This document shows, piece after piece, positions 58,707-64,000 of a stretch of DNA of 64,000 bases. The position numbers and the translations under genes were made by a program. The notes under the pieces were generated by a model. The model was not told where the DNA came from and did not search any database. It was given only the letters and a program-made list of their open reading frames with translations. This DNA comes from an uncultured Verrucomicrobiae bacterium (GTDB lineage Bacteria; Verrucomicrobiota; Verrucomicrobiia; Limisphaerales; Palsa-1400), in contig CAVXRD010000001.1 of assembly GCA_963764165.1 (NCBI GenBank), positions 1,536,001-1,600,000 of the forward strand, given 5' to 3'. Position 1 is the stretch's first letter. Each line of letters opens with the position of its first letter.

Positions 58707-60734
58707 TCACGGCGATACCACATGGAAAAACTGCTGCGGCGCCGTTGGGCTGACCCAATAAGGTGAAGTAGCATTGTTGGTTTTCCAAGGCCCTGTTAAA
58801 TTGGTCGCTTGCAACAACGTTCCTCTTGTCCAACTTAAAATCACATCGCTGCCGACCTGTTGGACGCTGATCGACTGAGCTTCGGATGCATGGCCAACGA
58901 AAGTGACCACGCTCAGCGGTGGAATCGGGTAGCTGAAGCTGGAGTTGGTAATGCCGAGCGCGGGCTGGTTTGATAGCGAAAGGCTGGCGGATGTGATCCA
59001 AGGAGTTACAACCTCGGCAGTGAATGAGGCCAGATTAAAAATCTGCGTTACGGCCGTGGATCCGGCGTTGGCGGCCACGATGGCAAAATTGCCGGAGGCG
59101 GGATCCTTGTAGGCGCTGATCTCGGTGAAAGCGTTGTTGGAAACTCCAATCCGGCAGTAACCCGGACGCACGAAACGGCTGTAATTGCCGAGCGCATATA
59201 ATCGTTTGGCTGGATTGCCGTAAAGATCGGTCAACCCCTCGTTGTCATTGTTATTATTGCCAGCGATCAGCCACCAGTAATTGAATGCGTTCACTTGTGC
59301 CTCGGTCATGAAGAGATGAATCCGGCTGGCCCAATACATGGCGTTGCTCATGCTGCCATCGAAGGGTGTGTAGGTGGAGACTTCCGACTCCCAAAGTGCC
59401 GCGTTCGTATTGGAATACTTCGGCAGCACGGATGGCATGATGCTAGGCGGGGAACCGTCATAATCGTGGCAGGCGATGATGCCGACGTTGGTGGCCAAAG
59501 TTGGATCGCTCATCGCTGCCGCATAATAATTGGTTTGCCAATTGTCGTCTTCCGCTACCATGATTTTTGTGGAGGCCACGTTGCTGGCGATCAGCGCCGC
59601 GTGAATGTATGGGACAAAATCATGGATCTGTTGCGGAGTCCACAGACACGACGGGTAATTAGCCGCAATATCGGGTTCGTTTTGGATCGACAGGGCATAG
59701 ATGTTGACGCCGCAGCGAGTCTCCATGTCGAGCACGAAACCGGCCAGTTCGCTGGCGTATGCCTGATCATTGGAAGAGACAAAGCTCCCTCCATTGAGAC
59801 TATTATTATCTTTGAATGCTGCATCCGGCGTGTAGGGAGCGCACCAGACCCGGGCGCCACGGGCTTGGGCCAATTGCATGACATTGGTTTCCACCGTCGT
59901 TCCTGCCACGATGACTGATTTCAGCAATGAAAGGCCGATGCCCGTGTTGGTCGAAAAAAACATATCGGCTTGAGCCGTGGTCAAATTGGTTTCAAAACCC
60001 GAGGAAGCGCCAAAGCCGTCTATCCTTTGATGCACCTCATTCCAATTCACAACACAGTTGGTGCTCGCGGGAGCGGCGCCTGAAAATTGGATGTTATCCA
60101 CCCAGCACGTTGAAGCGCCGCTCAAGGGCGTGTAATAGGGCCCGTAGATGTGAAGGATCACATTGTAGATGTTCGTCAAATTCGGATCACTCGCGGGATT
60201 GACGGGCACGCTCACATGGAGCCAATTGGTGGCGCTGGCGGGAATATCAACGGCGCCGAACCAATCCTGCCCCCACCCCACCGCGACGCCAAATTGCAAA
60301 TGGCCGAAGAGCGCTGCTCCGCTGTTCGTCGCGGTGGCGGAGCCGGGAGCGAAGCGGATGTCGCATTCAAAATTGGTGTATTGCACCCCGTTTACCGGCG
60401 GCAGGACGCCGATAAAGTCATAAACCGCCCACTGGCTGTTCCCATCCGGGCCGTCGAAGTTGGCGGTGATTTTCATTGAACCCGAAGCGGGATTGGCCCC
60501 GGCATCATTGGTGGAGTCCCAAGCCAAAGACCGAAAAGCGCCGCCAAACCAATTCGTCCAGACATTGGTAATCTGGCCGCTCGCGTAGTTATTGCTGGCA
60601 GGGCCCGATGGATTGAACTGATCAACGACAGCCACGCTTTGAGCAAAACTATTCGCGCAAACAAGACCGACAATCCCCAAAAATGCGAAAACGCATCCTG
60701 CATCTCGAAGATGGTGTAATCGTTTGCTTCTCAT
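58707..60734 (-). CDS. Secreted GH30 glycoside hydrolase with N-terminal beta-sandwich
   Basis: QRIDGFGAS, IQNEPD, WESEVS, YSRFVRPG; C-terminal TNL.GPW tail. Confidence 0.88.
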   Translation of the reverse strand: MRSKRLHHLRDAGCVFAFLGIVGLVCANSFAQSVAVVDQFNPSGPASNNYASGQITNVWTNWFGGAFRSLAWDSTNDAGANPASGSMKITANFDGPDGNSQWAVYDFIGVLPPVNGVQYTNFECDIRFAPGSATATNSGAALFGHLQFGVAVGWGQDWFGAVDIPASATNWLHVSVPVNPASDPNLTNIYNVILHIYGPYYTPLSGASTCWVDNIQFSGAAPASTNCVVNWNEVHQRIDGFGASSGFETNLTTAQADMFFSTNTGIGLSLLKSVIVAGTTVETNVMQLAQARGARVWCAPYTPDAAFKDNNSLNGGSFVSSNDQAYASELAGFVLDMETRCGVNIYALSIQNEPDIAANYPSCLWTPQQIHDFVPYIHAALIASNVASTKIMVAEDDNWQTNYYAAAMSDPTLATNVGIIACHDYDGSPPSIMPSVLPKYSNTNAALWESEVSTYTPFDGSMSNAMYWASRIHLFMTEAQVNAFNYWWLIAGNNNNDNEGLTDLYGNPAKRLYALGNYSRFVRPGYCRIGVSNNAFTEISAYKDPASGNFAIVAANAGSTAVTQIFNLASFTAEVVTPWITSASLSLSNQPALGITNSSFSYPIPPLSVVTFVGHASEAQSISVQQVGSDVILSWTRGTLLQATNLTGPWKTNNATSPYWVSPTAPQQFFHVVSP

Positions 60735-60884
60735 GCGGCTTGAGAAGCCTATCCGGTTTCCGCGCTGAAGTCGCCGCTAAAGTTATTGCTGCGTTTCACC
60801 TCGCTATGCTCCAAATCCGCGCCGCGCTCACAATCAGGCAACTGCTGATATGCGCTTACGCGGGCGACCCCTCCGGCATTTTTC

Positions 60885-61418
60885 CTATTTCTTCAAATAC
60901 TCGTCCAACCGTTCCTTTTCGGTTTGCGCATGGGCGATCTCGTTGGTCAAGTGCCGGTATCGGATTTGAAGCAATGAATGGATCTGCTCGTCCAGGGATT
61001 TGCCGGAAAGGATGTTTGTGTCGAAGTCATGGCCCAGCGGAACAACGCTATAGTCATCGAATGCCTGGCAGTCCTTGCCATCGAAGAAGTTGGCGAATAT
61101 AAGATACGCATCGCCCTGCGCCGGCCACTTCGTGGAGCGAAGGATTGCCGCCGTGCCAGAGTTGAACTTCTCGCCCTTTAGAGTCGCAACAATCTCGATA
61201 TCGGAAGTAAGGACTCCGCGGGACGGGTTAAACATTACCCCCCCGTTTGTAAGCTTGGTCCGCCATGGTATGCCCTTGGATGTTGCCACGAGAATGGACG
61301 ATGAACCATCAACTGTATTGTTCCAGTCGATAAATGGGGATGCCGGAAAAGCGAGTGCGGACACAGTCGCTACCAGCAATAAGAGAAACAATGTCTTTTT
61401 TCGGAAGTGCGTGATCAT
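60885..61418 (-). CDS. Secreted hypothetical protein
   Basis: Signal peptide ending ALA. Confidence 0.65.
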   Translation of the reverse strand: MITHFRKKTLFLLLLVATVSALAFPASPFIDWNNTVDGSSSILVATSKGIPWRTKLTNGGVMFNPSRGVLTSDIEIVATLKGEKFNSGTAAILRSTKWPAQGDAYLIFANFFDGKDCQAFDDYSVVPLGHDFDTNILSGKSLDEQIHSLLQIRYRHLTNEIAHAQTEKERLDEYLKK

Positions 61419-61625
61419 AGCAATTCATCTTAAATTTAAAGTTACCCAAAAGTCAAATTTCGTTCCACTCATGGATTTTCCCACAAATCATCCAACGGTT
61501 GGTTTAAAACGCGCATAATCTGTGAATTGCGCTATTAGTCCACTGCTCGTGCCTGTGGCATAAATGGCAAGCATTGGCCAGTTCCAGCGGTCTATTCGCT
61601 CTTAATCACAGTAATCTCCACTGAA

Positions 61626-62348
61626 TTAAATCGCCGCAAACGAAAAACCATTTTCCCGCCTGTTTTTTTCAATTCGCTCGAACACCTGAAATTGCAATCT
61701 TAATTGATAAATATCGCATTTATGTAGATCAAATTGCTCCTCCGGTGAATAAAATGTACGCGTAGTCAGTCCGCTTGGAAGAGCACGAAATGAGTCAAAC
61801 CCCTGCGGATTAGTCCCACGTGCCGTCCGGACACGTAGAAAACGGCTCACTTCGACAGCATCCATCTCATCAGGAGAATCCCTGAGATCAAAAAATGGAT
61901 TCCCCCAGCGTTCTCCCGCCGCCTCGAAATATCCGTCCATGTTCAGGTCTTGGACAAAATGAACAGGCTCGCCCCACGGATCCATGATTTTCCTCGACCG
62001 GACAAAAGAACGGTCCTCTTTGACAAAATCGTCGTCTTTCAAAAAGGCCGCAAACCCTTCAATCTCGATTTCCTCACCTCGCCCAGTCGGCTTAAACCGC
62101 TCCGGGTGCAACTCATAATAAGCACACATTCCCGGATTGATGTAGTAGGGCAGTTCGCGCCATTCGGTGTTTTTTCTTCCGCGCGAGCCCGCCCCTGCGA
62201 CTCCGATTGTCCCGACCCCTCCCCAAGGCCTGTCGGGAACAAACCGCACGATGGAATTAAGCAGGCAAGAACAGCCGCCGCCATTGCCACGATCCAAAGG
62301 CCCAGGATTATTGAGAACCTCGCGAAAATGAAGTTATGCCTGTTCATG
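61626..62348 (-). pseudogene. Fragmented membrane-anchored protein (DPWG motif), frameshift near A-run at about 62172
   Basis: TM segment lies in ORF 62039-62401 and the IMDPWGEP segment in ORF 61626-62297. Confidence 0.35.
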
Positions 62349-63007
62349 TTTGTTATGGTTGAATGCCGAAACTTGTAAGCAACTGACTTCAGTAATTTCA
62401 TCTTGAATCAATATCCGAAAGAAATTGCGCCCAGCACGCTAATGAACCGTTGTCGAAATAAAGGGAGGGTTCGCCTCCGTCGAAGTAATCGAACTGTAAA
62501 TAGGCGGCGTTCGTGTCCACGCTCAGAGCCATTCCGTCATAATCCCAACTTGGCGCCGTGGGGAGATTGGTAGAGGCTCGCGGCTGAGGAGCCGATGAGT
62601 GCGATTACAAGACTCAGGAATAGCGAGCGAAATGGCTTGGGCTTGGTCATTTTGTTTGGACTCCCGCGCTGGACTCAGTCCAGCCTTGCTGATTATTCAC
62701 GACATTGAGATTTTTTCAAGCGGCAATTCTTCAAAGCATTAGAACCCGCCGATTCAACGTGGCTTAAGTTGGGCTAAGCAAGCACCCGCGATGTGAGGCA
62801 ACGCGCGGCAGCGCTATTAGGCGAGATCCTAATTCGGGCGCGCAAGGAATTGCCCAAGACCCCCAAATAACAGGGCGAGGCTCCTGCCGGGCTTCGAGGC
62901 AGGATTTTGTGACGGCTCCGCGCGACTGTCTGTGGAGGTAATTCATACCACATAACAGTGTGATTGCAATATTAATTGATAAACATGGCTTTCGGCCTTA
63001 TAATTCT

Positions 63008-63140
63008 CCTGTCGCCTTCAGGGCGTGTTCTTTGACATTTTGAGGACTTCCGAGTCCCTGATTCGAGGCTTAGAAACAAACTGTGATCGGGGCGTTGCGC
63101 GCTATTGCACCCTATTGCACTCTCGGTTTTCGCGACAAAA
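63008..63140 (+). ncRNA. Candidate ~130-nt ncRNA/leader, copy 3
   Basis: TTGATA-N17-TATAAT at 62976-63004; TGTTCTTTGACA; tandem TATTGCACCC-like units; TGTCGC/GCGACA ends. Confidence 0.6.
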
Positions 63141-63231
63141 ACCTCATTGCTTCCACGCGCAAGCGCCAGCCCAATATTTAATATTAAGGAATCGATGGTG
63201 TCTCTCCCTGCCAGGACTGATCGACTGCGTT

Positions 63232-63452
63232 TGTGACGGCTCTATGCGAGGGTTTGTGACGGTATTTGTGACGGACTAAGTGCTTGATTGACAACGTTGT
63301 GACGGGTGTGACGGCTTTTTAGGGGGGTATGCACATATATGCCGTCTAAATGGTCGATTTAGCGGCTCTGATCTTAGCTGGGAAAAAGAGACAGTGGTCT
63401 CTGGTTCCAACCCAGTCTCAGCAAATCTCACCAAATCTCACCAAATCTCACC
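63232..63452 (+). repeat. Clustered short repeats TGTGACGG x5 and AAATCTCACC x3
   Basis: TGTGACGG at 63232, 63255, 63267, 63298, 63307; tandem 10-mer at 63423-63452. Confidence 0.8.
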
Positions 63453-63566
63453 TGTTTTTTTGATCGCCAGAAAAAAAGCCGCGGCAGTGCCTTCCGCATT
63501 ATGGTTATCATCAAGGTGAATTAAGGGTGCTTTAAATTCGATCCTGACTCGTCCATAATTAGGCAA

Positions 63567-64000
63567 ATGAAATCTAGCCGAAACATCTATCAAGGCCGAC
63601 GCCTGCTGCTTGCGCCAGTGTTCATCCTGGCGCTGGCGTTTTCATCCACGGCGAATGCGCAAGACGATGCCGCCAAACAGGAACCCGAGAATCCCGCGAC
63701 CGTGCTGCCGCTGGAAAAATCGGCGAGCCGGGGCATTGTCACGCGCGATCCGTCCGACATTGTCAAGTGCAAGGACGAGTATTGGGTCTTTTACACCGGG
63801 CGGGGCGTTCCGTCCTATCATTCCAAGGATCTGGTGAAATGGGAACGCGGGCCGGCAGTATTCAAAACGGCTCCGGAGTGGATCGCCAGCGCGGTTCCCG
63901 AAAACCGAAAAATGTCCTACTGGGCCCCTGACATCATGAAGGTCGGTGACCGGTATTTGCTTTATTATGCCGTTTCCTCGATGGGAAAAATGACATCCGC
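63567..64000 (+). CDS. GH43 endo-arabinanase-like protein (3' end outside window)
   Basis: Signal peptide, RDPS, SKDLVKW, WAPDI, YLLYYAVS. Confidence 0.88.
   Translation, partial: MKSSRNIYQGRRLLLAPVFILALAFSSTANAQDDAAKQEPENPATVLPLEKSASRGIVTRDPSDIVKCKDEYWVFYTGRGVPSYHSKDLVKWERGPAVFKTAPEWIASAVPENRKMSYWAPDIMKVGDRYLLYYAVSSMGKMTS

Noticed and set aside
58627..59001. 202-aa version of the antitoxin ORF
   Set aside because: Overlaps the GH30 3' end; GTG at 58626 gives a typical antitoxin size.
1..64000. CRISPR array, cas genes, tRNA or rRNA genes
   Set aside because: No regularly spaced repeat-spacer array, cas motifs or cloverleaf/rRNA sequence seen; the TCGAAC motifs near LSR1 lack the rest of a tRNA.

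Overview
Bacterial window, most likely Verrucomicrobia (Pedosphaera-like). This is inferred from prepilin/H-X9-DG proteins, BspA/GH30 proteins with verrucomicrobial-type C-terminal tails and DUF3486-like ORFs. Bases 1 to ~38050 are the right part of a large integrated element inserted in comM (YifB Mg-chelatase); its left end lies outside the window. Its mobility genes are two large serine recombinases (LSRs), two VirD4-like ATPases, a Replic_Relax relaxase, a DnaG-like primase and an ArdC-RadC fusion; no VirB4/MPF genes are visible. Its defence-type cargo is an MBL+membrane pair, an HTH-HsdM-HsdS fusion with HsdR, a Ppl-like PHP-ATPase, a HEPN protein and DUF3800 with a candidate RNA. It also carries a beta-RFAP-synthase/kinase/Nudix cluster and a cargo-carrying IS1-family element with exact TIRs and a 9-bp TSD. 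The rest (~38-64 kb) is chromosomal accessory DNA: secreted proteins, glycan enzymes, VapBC, REP-like palindromes and pseudogenes. The most unusual signals are: (1) a same-orientation AAGACT-N6-palindrome motif, preceded by homologous start-less coding tails, that cuts the LSR region into cassette-like units; (2) a three-copy promoter-driven ~130-nt candidate ncRNA; (3) the candidate C-nucleoside cluster; (4) paired ~140-150-nt hairpins beside the transfer genes. All family calls are by motif recognition, not database search.
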